Shown here piece after piece: positions 17,745 to 17,808 of a stretch of DNA of 17,808 nt (its first letter is position 1; each line of letters starts with the position of its first letter). The notes below the pieces were generated by a model, which searched no databases, was not told the DNA's origin, and was given only the letters and a program-made list of their open reading frames with translations. A program made the position numbers and the translations under genes. The DNA lies in the NCBI GenBank assembly GCA_000388065.2, contig KB932206.1, one strand, 5' to 3'. Source of the stretch: Fonticula alba ATCC 38817 (Eukaryota; Protista; Nucleariida).

Positions 17745-17808
17745 CTACACGTTGAGGGGTATCAGTCACCAGTACGGAGGGGAGGAGGAGGGAGAGGGAG
17801 AGAGAGAG

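Noticed and set aside
1-17808. CRISPR arrays, transposons, viral or horizontally transferred prokaryotic genes
   Set aside because: There are no repeat-spacer structures, terminal repeats, or transposase/RT/integrase motifs. All coding sequence is explained by four intron-containing eukaryotic genes.

Overview
Very GC-rich, intron-dense eukaryotic DNA. Introns are about 80-375 nt, with GTGCGT/GTGCGC/GTATGT donors, poly-C/poly-G runs, (CA)n microsatellites and three N gaps. The style resembles the nucleariid amoeba Fonticula alba, but that is an inference and was not verified. I reconstructed four spliced genes by hand, with GT..AG boundaries and reading phase checked at every junction. (1) The 3' part of a class C GPCR-like 7TM receptor with a long Ser/acidic tail (+, 28-2130, 5'-truncated). 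(2) A complete 14-exon PLAA/DOA1/UFD3 (WD40-PFU-PUL; -, 7692-3053, about 920 aa). (3) A complete 4-exon RAD18 (RING...SAP; +, 8814-11249, about 647 aa), head-to-head with PLAA. (4) The 3' 12 exons of RIC1, the Ric1-Rgp1 Rab6/Ypt6 GEF subunit (-, 17744-11579, 5'-truncated). I see no RNA genes, mobile elements or CRISPR arrays, and no clearly new multi-gene system. The most notable oddities are a RAD18 with no UBZ4 finger but several SIM-like motifs and a 52-residue RING loop, a splice-donor set with no +4 A, a 124-aa insertion in the RIC1 domain, and a 90-triplet CTG/TTG tract beside a RIC1 3' splice site. Most long ORFs in the supplied track are shadow ORFs caused by the high GC content.
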